Shown here one piece after another: positions 30,326-39,141 of a DNA stretch of 64,000 nucleotides; positions within the stretch are counted from its first letter, which is position 1, and each line of letters begins with the position of its first letter. The notes under the pieces were generated by a model that was not told where the DNA came from, ran no database searches, and saw only the letters and a list, made by a program, of their open reading frames with translations. A program made the translations under genes and the position numbers. This DNA is from an uncultured Nitrospirales bacterium (GTDB lineage: Bacteria; Hydrogenedentota; Hydrogenedentia; Hydrogenedentales; GCA-2746185), in the NCBI GenBank assembly GCA_964467615.1, contig CAYXRK010000004.1:2961-66960 (forward strand), read 5' to 3'.

Positions 30326-30978
30326 CGGTGGCAAATCGAGCAGTTCTTAAGCTGCTGCACCTGTATGTTGTATTCCTTCACCAACTGCAAGCCCATCTCG
30401 CGTTGGTCCGCGGGCTGGACGTAGTTCGCATTGAACACTTCCGACCGAGGTCGGATGTGTTTCTCGGGTTCCTCATGGCAATTCAAGCACCAGCGCATGT
30501 GCAGCGTTTCCGCCTTGTACGTCAATCGCATGTCCCCGATCGGCCCGTGGCAGGTCGTGCAACCCATCCCCTTGCTCACATGAATGCTGTGATTGAAGTA
30601 AACGAAGTCCGGCAGGTCGTGCACGCGCACCCATTCCATCGGCGCGCCGCTCTTCCAGCTATCGTGGGCGGGTTTGAGGATCTCTTGGTTCGCGAAAATC
30701 TGCGAATGGCAGGTGAGACAAATCTCCGTGGCGGGAATGCCGGCGAACGGCGAAGTCTCGACAGACGTGTGACACACCCGGCAGTCGAACCCGTTTCCCG
30801 AAACGTGGCGTTCGTGGCTGAACGGAATAGGTTGGTTCCGAGCAATGTTGACTTGGGTCTCGAGCGGAGACCAGTACAACGCGGAGGCCACGGCGGTCAA
30901 AAATACCACCATAAATCCGCCCCCGTAGATGGTCCATTTCGCGAGCCAATTGGCCCCTGGTGGAAACGGCTGTGCCAC
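30322..30978 (-). CDS. actA: alternative complex III subunit ActA (penta-heme cytochrome c)
   Basis: 218 aa; five CxxCH motifs (CRVCH, CLTCH, CTTCH, CLNCH, CSICH); N-terminal TM anchor. Confidence 0.9.
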   Translation of the reverse strand: MAQPFPPGANWLAKWTIYGGGFMVVFLTAVASALYWSPLETQVNIARNQPIPFSHERHVSGNGFDCRVCHTSVETSPFAGIPATEICLTCHSQIFANQEILKPAHDSWKSGAPMEWVRVHDLPDFVYFNHSIHVSKGMGCTTCHGPIGDMRLTYKAETLHMRWCLNCHEEPEKHIRPRSEVFNANYVQPADQREMGLQLVKEYNIQVQQLKNCSICHR

Positions 30979-31428
30979 GGTATTTCCTTTCTATCCTGTC
31001 GCCCCGGAAAGGGTACTTGTTCTAAAATTTACTTGCTCGGTTTTGCGTTAACGGGTGTACCGCACCCTCGCGTGGTCCCGTGACGTATACGGTGAAAGCG
31101 CGCTCCCCCGCTCCCAATTGTGAACGGCCTGCCGACCTAGCCCCTTCGACGCATTACTCGTCAGGCGGGAACCAATCCCAAATCAATTGGCGCCGGACCT
31201 GGCCTTTCCCTGGGCGCGCAGCCCGCAGAAGATATACCAAATTCCCGAAGGCCCCGCAAGCGACCCCGACAGGGCGTTTCCGCAGCCTCGTGAAGATATT
31301 AACTGATATCACCTTAACTATTCACGCCGCACTGTGCCGCAAGAGAAAAGCCGGGTGAAGACAAAAGTCTAGCAAACCTTTATCCCGGTTTCCAGGCCCC
31401 CTTTCACACCCTCTTCGCGAACAAACAA

Positions 31429-31453
31429 CTCCGGCGGAGACGCCGGGTTTTGA
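31429..31453 (+). terminator. putative small intrinsic terminator (orphan)
   Basis: ccggcg-GAGA-cgccgg hairpin followed by gttttga; no annotated + strand gene upstream. Confidence 0.3.
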
Positions 31454-31466
31454 TCGCAGAGCCGGT

Positions 31467-31517
31467 TATTACTATATAGATATCCTATATATATACATAT
31501 CTAGCTATAGAGATTTT
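31467..31517. repeat. AT-rich imperfect palindromic element
   Basis: ttattactatatagatatcctatatatatacatatctagctatagagatttt: ~50 nt of ~15% GC inside a ~65% GC genome, with arms ctatatagatat / atatctagctatag. Confidence 0.5.
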
Positions 31518-31590
31518 CAAGAAATGCGCGGACCTTTCCACCGCGGCCGGCTGGCCGCGCCTATCGCTGAAATACCCTCCGAGATCGGTC

Positions 31591-31619
31591 TTGACAGGGA
31601 CCCCGTCGCGGGGTAAAGT
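31591..31619 (+). promoter_or_regulatory. sigma70-like promoter for scpA
   Basis: TTGACA (31591-31596), 17-nt spacer, TAAAGT (31614-31619); spacer contains inverted repeat accccg/cggggt; about 45 nt upstream of scpA ATG. Confidence 0.35.
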
Positions 31620-31664
31620 CCACCTCGGCGCAAGTAGAACATATCTGTGGGGGACACGGAGCGC

Positions 31665-32486
31665 ATGGACCGGTCAGGGGGACCGGCCACCGCGGAAGCG
31701 GGTGGCCAGGACATAACGGACTTCATCGTCGACGTCGCGACCGACGAGGTCTTGCGGCTGAACTTGGACAAATTCGAGGGGCCGCTCGAAGTGTTGCTGT
31801 ACCTCATCAAGGCCCAGGAAATCGACATCTTCGATATCCCGATCTTGCAGATCACGGACCAGTATCTGCGCTTTCTCGATTTGGTGCGCGAGGAGGATCT
31901 TGACGTGGCGGGCGAGTACCTCGTCATGGCGGCGACGCTCATCCAGATCAAATCGAAGATGCTGCTGCCCGTCGAGATGGATGACGACGAGGAGGAGATC
32001 GACGACGGCGATCCGCGACTGGAACTCGTCGAAAAGTTGATCGCGTACCGCAAGTTCAAGGACGTCGCCCACCGGCTCTCCGATCTGGAAGAGCAGCGCA
32101 TGGGTTGGTTCACGCGCAACGTCAAGCCCGATGTCAGCGGCGTTGAGGACGAGGAAGACGGCGACGACCTCGTCGATGTCGGCCTATACGATCTCATCCA
32201 GGCCTTCAAGAGCATCATGCGCTTTCTCGCCGAGGACGTGCCCCACACGATCGAAGCCGAGGGGGCCTCGGTCGACCAAAAGATCGAGTACATCATGGAC
32301 CTCATCATCGAACGTGGCAGCATCGCTTGGGCCGAACTCTTCGAAGGCGCGCGCTCGCGTGTCGAAATTGTCTGCTGCTTCCTCGCGATCCTCGAACTGT
32401 GCCGCATGGGCGACGTCTCGGCCCACCAACACAAGACCTTCGGCGACATCCGTCTATTCCGGAAAGTCCAAGTCAACGTCGCGTGA
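31665..32486 (+). CDS. scpA: segregation and condensation protein A (ScpA)
   Basis: ORF 31647..32486; ATG at 31665 with GGAG RBS; ScpA-like N-terminus (...LDKFEGPLEVLLYLIKAQEIDIFDIPILQITDQYL...). Confidence 0.85.
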   Translation: MDRSGGPATAEAGGQDITDFIVDVATDEVLRLNLDKFEGPLEVLLYLIKAQEIDIFDIPILQITDQYLRFLDLVREEDLDVAGEYLVMAATLIQIKSKMLLPVEMDDDEEEIDDGDPRLELVEKLIAYRKFKDVAHRLSDLEEQRMGWFTRNVKPDVSGVEDEEDGDDLVDVGLYDLIQAFKSIMRFLAEDVPHTIEAEGASVDQKIEYIMDLIIERGSIAWAELFEGARSRVEIVCCFLAILELCRMGDVSAHQHKTFGDIRLFRKVQVNVA

Positions 32487-32551
32487 ACTCCCGTTATCTC
32501 GATTCATCGTGCTCGGCTCATTGCTATCGAAATACAACCTGAGTCGACCGA

Positions 32552-32720
32552 TCGGTAAGCTCAAGGCCTCCCTTACCCGTTCGTCGTGAGGGACTGTGAA
32601 AAAATCGATTCAAACTCAACCGTGCGACCGGCATTTGCCCAGTCGGCAAGCTCAAATCCTCCCTTTCCCGTTCGTCCTGAGGGTGTCGAAGGATGCGGGG
32701 AAGGGAGGGCTTGAGCGACC
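32552..32720. repeat. three copies (two direct, one inverted) of a ~26-45 nt element forming a long hairpin
   Basis: copy A 32552-32598 and copy B 32643-32688 share tcggYaagctcaaRKcctcccttWcccgttcgtcStgaggg; 32695-32720 (gcggggaagggagggcttgagcgacc) is the reverse complement of the 5' part of B, giving a ~20-bp stem. Confidence 0.55.
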
Positions 32721-32766
32721 TTTGCTCAATTCACATCAATTCACATCCGCTGAGGATCGCAATCAC

Positions 32767-33144
32767 GTGATCTGGCCCTGGCAACGCCGCGAAAAACCCC
32801 TCGGCCAACGCGGCGAAGACCTCGCCGCACGCTACCTCCGCCGCAACGGCTACACCATCCTCGATCGCAACGTTAAGCTCGGCCGCTACGAACTCGACAT
32901 TATCGCCCGCGACGGCGACACCATCGCCTTCGTCGAAGTAAAAACCCGCCTCCCCTCAGACATCGCCACCCCCGAAGACAGCATCACGACCAAGAAACGC
33001 AAGCACCTCACCGGCGCCGCCCGCATCTACATGCAACGCAACCCCGCCCCCGACACCTACTACCGCTTCGACGTAGTCGCCATCACCATCCCACCCACCG
33101 GCAAACCCGAAATCAAACTCTACAAAAACGCGTTCGTACCGTAG
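32767..33144 (+). CDS. YraN/UPF0102-family endonuclease
   Basis: ORF 32596..33144 covers the repeat element upstream; conserved YraN core (GEDLAARYLRRNGYTILDRNVKLGRYELDIIARDGDTIAFVEVKTR...FDVVAI) begins near GTG at 32767 (GAGGAT RBS-like upstream), ~126 aa. Confidence 0.7.
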   Translation: MIWPWQRREKPLGQRGEDLAARYLRRNGYTILDRNVKLGRYELDIIARDGDTIAFVEVKTRLPSDIATPEDSITTKKRKHLTGAARIYMQRNPAPDTYYRFDVVAITIPPTGKPEIKLYKNAFVP

Positions 33145-33581
33145 CGCGGATTTGTAGTCCGCATAACGCAAGACATCCATCCTTTCGCCTTCGATCCTCC
33201 GAACCGACAAACAAATTTCGAGTCACGAACTGCCCCAAAGGGGGCAATCTGCTCGTGACCCAGGGTTGGCTCGCCTGTTGCGAATAGGCCGCCCCGTTAC
33301 GACAACCAACTGGAGTGGAGGACGCGTCAAGAGGATTATCGCGTAAGTCGCTAAATGCATTGTGACGTTGCGCCTCATGCTAGAAGAGCAGTGATGTGAT
33401 TGATGTAGATCGGTATATGACGCGCCAGCTAAATGGAGCGAACGGCAAAATAGGGTTAAAATACAAGCACTTAGGCAAATCCCTGACGGAATGCCCTGAG
33501 GCGTGTCATATGTGCACGAACAAAGAAACCCACATCTTATATGGGTCCGTCTAATTGTTGTTAGGCATCTTCGCCCGCACC

Positions 33582-34046
33582 ATGGAACACAACTTCGAGC
33601 AACTGAAGGCACACATCCTCCCTCTTTCCAACGCCCGTGATTTCGACGCCGCGAGGAGGGAGTGGGACCTTACAGGCTTCGAGTACAGCGAAGAATTTGA
33701 CAACTGCCCTTGCGGTCAACAAATAAAGGAACACTGTCTCATCCATAACCGAATCACCGGCCGCGATACTTACGTCGGTAACGTGTGCATTAACCGATTC
33801 ATCGGCATTGATACGGGGAACCTGTTCGACGGCCTCAAACGAATCGCGAAAGACAATACTGCCAACGCAAATGAAGACCTCATTCTTCACGCATACAACC
33901 TTGGCTACATCTACGAGAGTGAGTACGAGTTTCTTATGGACACGCGGCGCAAGCGAACGCTATCGCCTAAGCAATTGTCATGGAAGCAAAAAATCAACCG
34001 TCGGATCCTGAACAAGACAGTCGTTCAGAAACGGGGGCAGCTATAA
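33582..34046 (+). CDS. hypothetical Cys/His-motif protein (possible degenerate HNH/His-Me-finger)
   Basis: ORF 33555..34046, ATG at 33582; motif DNCPCGQQIKEHCLIHN...GNVCINRF; lies in a lower-GC patch. Confidence 0.45.
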   Translation: MEHNFEQLKAHILPLSNARDFDAARREWDLTGFEYSEEFDNCPCGQQIKEHCLIHNRITGRDTYVGNVCINRFIGIDTGNLFDGLKRIAKDNTANANEDLILHAYNLGYIYESEYEFLMDTRRKRTLSPKQLSWKQKINRRILNKTVVQKRGQL

Positions 34047-34197
34047 CCAGCCGCTTTACCACGACGCTTCACGGCGGCCGCGTTGCGTCCGCCATTCGCG
34101 CGGGTGAACGCCGGCGTTAGACGCCAAGGAGACATCATGACTGTCAAGCGTCTGGACAACGAAGGGCCTTGTGCGGAACGTTAGGCGCAGCTGACCA

Positions 34198-34827
34198 ATG
34201 CTAAGACGCCTGTTCGGATCCATCGTCCCATCGATACCTGACCCTGACGCCATTCTCACCAGGGAACGCGCGTATGAGGAAGCATTTGGGTCGGATGTTC
34301 AGATCCTCCACTCTACCGATCGAAAAATTCCGCACATCGATGTATACGTGTTTCCGCCTTCAGATGTGAGGGACTACTCGGTCCTTGTCACGGGTGGAAT
34401 GAGTGACATTGCCATGCAGATTCCTACAGGCGCCGCCGCTCCCGCAAACATCGAGCTGATTTTGGGAATAGGGCAACATCAGCACTGGGCTAGCAACCTG
34501 CTGAAGCTCGCGGCGGAATACCCGTCGGCGCAGGGCACATTCTACGCAGCGCACCATACGCTCCCCTTCGGGGGCGAATTGGGTGATGGGTCGTCACTGT
34601 CTGCTTTTCTTTTCATCGAGCCTCGCATCTTGCCGCCGAATTTGAGCGATTGGATGCACCGGGATCCGAAGATCGGATTTCTTCAAGCAGTACCAATTAC
34701 GACAAAGGAGCATGCTTTCGCAGTATCGAAGGGAAGCAAGGAACTCGAGACTCTTCTGGCCAAAGCCGAGTTCTTGATCACGCCGTACGCGAATCGACCA
34801 TCGGTCGTAACTGCGAGCGGCACTTAA
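34198..34827 (+). CDS. SUFU-like (Suppressor-of-fused domain) protein, immunity-protein type
   Basis: 209 aa; ...HIDVYVFPPSDVRDYSVLVTGGMSDIAMQ... matches the bacterial SUFU-family hallmark (hydrophobic strand + TxGMSD); lower GC than flanks. Confidence 0.55.
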   Translation: MLRRLFGSIVPSIPDPDAILTRERAYEEAFGSDVQILHSTDRKIPHIDVYVFPPSDVRDYSVLVTGGMSDIAMQIPTGAAAPANIELILGIGQHQHWASNLLKLAAEYPSAQGTFYAAHHTLPFGGELGDGSSLSAFLFIEPRILPPNLSDWMHRDPKIGFLQAVPITTKEHAFAVSKGSKELETLLAKAEFLITPYANRPSVVTASGT

Positions 34828-34855
34828 CAATTGTTAGCCAAAGGATCAACTTTTC

Positions 34856-36733
34856 CTACGCCGTCGCCCGCTCCTTCTCCCGTCGCCGCTTCTCCATATA
34901 CACGTGCAGGATCGAAACATCCGAAGCCCGCACACCCGGCACACGCGACGCCTGGCCGAAATTCACGGGCCGCACTTCGCGTAACCTTTGCCGGCTCTCC
35001 GCGGGCAACCCCGGCACAGCGTCATAATCGAAGTCGTCGGGCAACGGGAGCATTTCGGCCTTGCGGAATTTTTCCCAATCGCGCATTTGCCGTTCGATGT
35101 AGCCCTTGTACTTCGCCTGCACTTCGACCTGTTCCGCCGTTTCGAAATCGAGTGGCGCGGGCGGCGGCGCGAACTTCCAAACGTCCTCGATCGTCACGTC
35201 CGGCCTGCGAAGCAGCCGCACGGCGGACTGCGCCTCGATCAATTCCTCGATGCCCCGCTCGCGCAGGTACGCATTGATTTCCGCGCCCGGCAAGAGAGTC
35301 GCAGTTTCGAGCCGCGCCAATTCCTGCTCGGCGGCGATCTCTTTCGCCCTCACGCGCTGCATGAACTCTTCGCCCGCGATGCCGTATTTCGCGAGCCGGA
35401 TGTCCGCGTTGTCGTGCCGCAGCAGCAACCGGTATTCCGCGCGCGAAGTGAACAGCCGGTACGGCTCGATGACGCCGCGCGTGACCAAATCGTCCACGAG
35501 CACGCCGAGATACGCCTCGTTTCGCGCGATGTATAGCGGCGGCGCACCGTCAATCGCCCGCACCGCGTTGAACGCTGCATACAACCCCAGCGCCGCGGCC
35601 TCCTCATAGCCGGAGGTCCCGTCCACCTGCCCCGCGTGATACAGCCCGCGCACCAGCTTCGTTTCGAGCGTCGGCTTGAGCTGTGTCGGCGGAATGAAAT
35701 CGTATTCCACCGCATACCCGGGCCGGATGATCTCCGCCTCTTCGAGACCCGGCACCGTCCGCAAATATTCGAGCTGCACTTCCTCCGGCAAACTCGTCGA
35801 CAATCCGTTGACGTACACCTCCGAGGTCATCAGCCCTTCCGGTTCGAGGAAGACGCGATGCTGTTCCTTCTCCGCAAACCGCATAACTTTGTCTTCAATA
35901 CTCGGACAATACCGCGGTCCAATCCCCTCAATGACGCCCGCGTACAACGGCGACTTGTCGAGATTGCGCCGGATGACGTCGTGCGTCCGCTCGTTCGTAT
36001 ACGTCAACCAGCACACAATCTTGTTCGGCGCAAACCCCTCAATCGGCGTCGAGAACGAAAACGGCCGCGGGTCTTCGTCGCCCTCTTGCACTCCCATGAC
36101 GGCCGTGTTGATGCTCCGCCGATGAATGCGCGGCACGGTCCCCGTCTTCATCCGCCCCACTTCGAAGCCCAGCCGCCGATACGTCTTCGTCAGTTCGTTC
36201 GCGGGCATCTCTCCCCCGCGCCCGCCTTCCATCTGCGACATGCCAAAATGCAGCCGCCCGCCGAGGAACGTGCCCGAGCACACGATTATCGCGCGCGCGG
36301 TGATTTCCTGTTTCTGCGACGTGACGATCCCGCACGCCACGCCGTCGCGCACGATGAGGTCCTCGACCATGACTTGCTTGAGGTCGAGGTTCGGCGTCTC
36401 CTCGCACACGCGCTTCATGTCGTATTGATACATGATGCGGTCCGCCTGCGCGCGCGGCGAATGCACCGCCGGCCCCTTCGAGCGGTTCAGCATCTTGAAC
36501 TGGATTCCCGTGCGGTCGATGCACCGGCCCATCTCGCCGCCCAGCGCGTCAATCTCGCGGACGAGTTGGCCCTTGGCGATGCCGCCAATCGCTGGGTTGC
36601 ACGGCATCTTCGCCAGCGCGTCAAGCTGCATCGTCGCCAACAGCGTGCGCTTGCCCATCCGCGCGGACGCCAACGCCGCCTCCACCCCGGCATGCCCCGC
36701 ACCCACAATAATGATGTCGTAATCAGGATTCAT
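34856..36733 (-). CDS. mnmG: tRNA uridine-5-carboxymethylaminomethyl modification enzyme MnmG (GidA)
   Basis: ORF 34856..36778; ATG at 36733 ([22 protein letters not shown]... FAD-binding motif); core-like GC. Confidence 0.95.
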   Translation of the reverse strand: MNPDYDIIIVGAGHAGVEAALASARMGKRTLLATMQLDALAKMPCNPAIGGIAKGQLVREIDALGGEMGRCIDRTGIQFKMLNRSKGPAVHSPRAQADRIMYQYDMKRVCEETPNLDLKQVMVEDLIVRDGVACGIVTSQKQEITARAIIVCSGTFLGGRLHFGMSQMEGGRGGEMPANELTKTYRRLGFEVGRMKTGTVPRIHRRSINTAVMGVQEGDEDPRPFSFSTPIEGFAPNKIVCWLTYTNERTHDVIRRNLDKSPLYAGVIEGIGPRYCPSIEDKVMRFAEKEQHRVFLEPEGLMTSEVYVNGLSTSLPEEVQLEYLRTVPGLEEAEIIRPGYAVEYDFIPPTQLKPTLETKLVRGLYHAGQVDGTSGYEEAAALGLYAAFNAVRAIDGAPPLYIARNEAYLGVLVDDLVTRGVIEPYRLFTSRAEYRLLLRHDNADIRLAKYGIAGEEFMQRVRAKEIAAEQELARLETATLLPGAEINAYLRERGIEELIEAQSAVRLLRRPDVTIEDVWKFAPPPAPLDFETAEQVEVQAKYKGYIERQMRDWEKFRKAEMLPLPDDFDYDAVPGLPAESRQRLREVRPVNFGQASRVPGVRASDVSILHVYMEKRRREKERATA

Positions 36734-37626
36734 TGTGCAGCCGAACGTAGCGAACTGCCGTTTCCGAATGAGTAACATCGGACGTTGATTCCGAACTTTT
36801 CGCTCTCGGTTGGAAACAACGGCAATTGGCGAGACTTCGGCAAGTAAACCGGCTTCGCGTCGTCCTTAGCGACCGAATGTCCAATAAACCGTATCCACTC
36901 CCGTAATATCCGACCGGAGAATCTTACGGCGCCGTAGTGTGTCGTTTGCACTCTCTCGAGTTCGCCCTCCGGCAACCGCGCACCCCAGCTCGAAATCAAC
37001 GCCGAAAGCCGTGGTCCCAATCGATAACCAAGGCTGCTGGCGAGTATCAATGCGCGAACTACACACAAGTCAGGATGAGGATTTTCCTCTCGGTTTACTT
37101 CGACTTCACTGTTGAGGATTCCACGAAAGAACTGATCATCTCCGGAGTAGATTCGCCGAGAATGCCCTGGCCGAGGCCACACTTCGACCGCTATCGCTTC
37201 CAGATTGAGAAAGGTAGTTGACGGCAGATCCGCGAAATTTGGGGAGATTTTCCGTTCGTTGACGAACATCCAAGTCCGATCCAGTGGCCAAATGTCGAAT
37301 TGCCAATGTACTCGCTTCAATTGAAGGCCGCCAAACCTTGTCTCTCTGGCTACAATATCGTGAAATCGACTCCGCAAGGTTTCAATTCCGATATCTCGCA
37401 TAACGATGTCTACGTCCCGCGGACGACCCGGCCGGTGATAATCCAACCTAGATGTGAGAAGCGACCTCAGCGTTCCCCCGAAAAATACTGATTGCTGTTC
37501 CATCTCGCGGAGCTCGCGAACGGTTCGAGAGATCGGTCTTTTCCAATCACGGTCGTCGCGGCAAAACGATTTAACTTCCTCGCTAAGAGTCGCCTTGAGA
37601 GATTCTATGGATTGCAAGTCAGCCAT
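36730..37626 (-). CDS. Pol-beta-superfamily nucleotidyltransferase, AbiEii/MenT-like (putative)
   Basis: 298 aa; hG[GS] motif [10 protein letters not shown], acidic pair RDVDIVM about 20 aa later, further acidic residue in FDIWPLD; overlaps upstream HD gene by 8 nt and mnmG start by 4 nt; GC ~52%. Confidence 0.5.
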   Translation of the reverse strand: MADLQSIESLKATLSEEVKSFCRDDRDWKRPISRTVRELREMEQQSVFFGGTLRSLLTSRLDYHRPGRPRDVDIVMRDIGIETLRSRFHDIVARETRFGGLQLKRVHWQFDIWPLDRTWMFVNERKISPNFADLPSTTFLNLEAIAVEVWPRPGHSRRIYSGDDQFFRGILNSEVEVNREENPHPDLCVVRALILASSLGYRLGPRLSALISSWGARLPEGELERVQTTHYGAVRFSGRILREWIRFIGHSVAKDDAKPVYLPKSRQLPLFPTESEKFGINVRCYSFGNGSSLRSAAQ

Positions 37627-39007
37627 TCGTTAGCTCGGCGTGTAAACGCTTGGCGAATGAGTCCGTCATACCGCAGACGTAGTCCGTGACCAATTGCAGA
37701 CGATAGTAGGTCTCTGGAAGAGACTTGTCTTGAGAAGACCACTGAGCAAATACATTACGATAATTTCGGGACAACAATGCGCCAAGCCTACCTGGGAAAT
37801 CTGAAGTTCTCGGTTCACTTCCGATTGGAAGAGCCTCCGCCCCTTCCCAGAACAAGGTCATTAGGTCGGTGATGACACGCCGACCCATTAGCTCGAGCTT
37901 GAGTGTTGGCGGAGTGCAATAGACCTTTTGCCTACCTATTTGTTTTAGCGCAACGATGAAGTCTTTCGAACCATTGGAGTCATCGGACACCAATTCGCCC
38001 TTGTAAGTGCCTTCCATAATTGTGCGATATCGATGTTTAAAGACTTCTGTGGCCGCTCGAACCATGAATGCTATGGACGCGGTTCGAAATGCTGATCCGT
38101 GAATGTCGTCGTCCAAATCGGACTTCCCTTGAAGAATCCTATCCTTAAGATTCAAGATGTCCGTTAGTGAGTCTGGGGCTCGCACTTCAAGCATCTCTTT
38201 CACGGTACGCCAAGAGAGGATTCCCTTCTTTATCGCGTCCTCAATGTCGGCCACAGAGTAGACGATATCGTCCGCCGATTCGGCAATATATGCAAGTGGG
38301 TGCCTCGATCTACCTGTTCCAGTTGCATCTTGGATTCTCTCAACTATCTCGTTCTCGGACGCAAAGTGTCCAGGCTTCTTCGTCGCCTGATTTTCTGCTC
38401 CTCCAGATTCGTCGGACTGCGCTGTGTATTTTCGTGATGCCGACAACGTCGCAAAGGTCAAATTCAATCCGGTGTAATCAGCGAGAATCTGTAATTTCGT
38501 TACTAATCGAAGCGTTTGCGCGTTTCCCTCGAACTTCAGGAAATCTTGGACCAACTGTTCCTTTTCGGCAAAGACGCTCCGCAGTTTCTGCACCCCAAAG
38601 CATTTCACGAACCACTCTCGTATGGAGTCCTCCCCGGCGTGGCCGAACGGAGGATTGCCCAAATCATGTATGAGTCCACAAGTCGCCGCGATAGCCTCGA
38701 TCTGGCGATCAACCCCGGGATCAATTTCCTCTTCCGCTGCAAGCCACTTTGCCACCGCAATGGCCAGACCCCTGGCAACAGAGGATACTTCCAGTGAGTG
38801 CGTCAAGCGTGTCCGAATCGCGTCGTGAGGCTCAAGTGGGAAGACTTGCGCCTTGTCCTGGAGACGTTTAACTGGTGTCGAGAATATGGCGCGATCGTAG
38901 TCGCGCTCGAATTCGTCGCGATGATCGCCCGGATTGGTGGACGGACGAATTCGTTCCTTGTTCAGCAGTTGCGGCCATTTCATCACGGCGGTACGTCTCC
39001 AAAACAC
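37619..39007 (-). CDS. dGTPase-family deoxynucleoside triphosphate triphosphohydrolase (HD domain)
   Basis: 462 aa; FERDYDRAIFSTPVKRLQDKAQVF, RTRLTHSLEV and HDLGNPPFGHAGE motifs of the Dgt/dNTPase family; GC ~48%. Confidence 0.85.
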   Translation of the reverse strand: MFWRRTAVMKWPQLLNKERIRPSTNPGDHRDEFERDYDRAIFSTPVKRLQDKAQVFPLEPHDAIRTRLTHSLEVSSVARGLAIAVAKWLAAEEEIDPGVDRQIEAIAATCGLIHDLGNPPFGHAGEDSIREWFVKCFGVQKLRSVFAEKEQLVQDFLKFEGNAQTLRLVTKLQILADYTGLNLTFATLSASRKYTAQSDESGGAENQATKKPGHFASENEIVERIQDATGTGRSRHPLAYIAESADDIVYSVADIEDAIKKGILSWRTVKEMLEVRAPDSLTDILNLKDRILQGKSDLDDDIHGSAFRTASIAFMVRAATEVFKHRYRTIMEGTYKGELVSDDSNGSKDFIVALKQIGRQKVYCTPPTLKLELMGRRVITDLMTLFWEGAEALPIGSEPRTSDFPGRLGALLSRNYRNVFAQWSSQDKSLPETYYRLQLVTDYVCGMTDSFAKRLHAELTNG

Positions 39008-39141
39008 TTTCTTGCCCTTGCGTCACAAACCACCACGCTACAGTATAATAACGTCACGTTGTTTCCCGTCCAGATTCGAAACTTGGGCCGAGCCGAACAG
39101 TATAGATGCAAAAGGATGATGATGAATCCGGAGCAGGCTGG

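Noticed and set aside
31517-32476. 319-aa - strand ORF antisense to scpA
   Set aside because: Ser-rich low complexity; scpA frame matches ScpA family
33223-33612. 129-aa - strand ORF in the low-GC intergenic region
   Set aside because: No RBS, odd composition, overlaps the start of the + strand gene at 33582; region treated as non-coding
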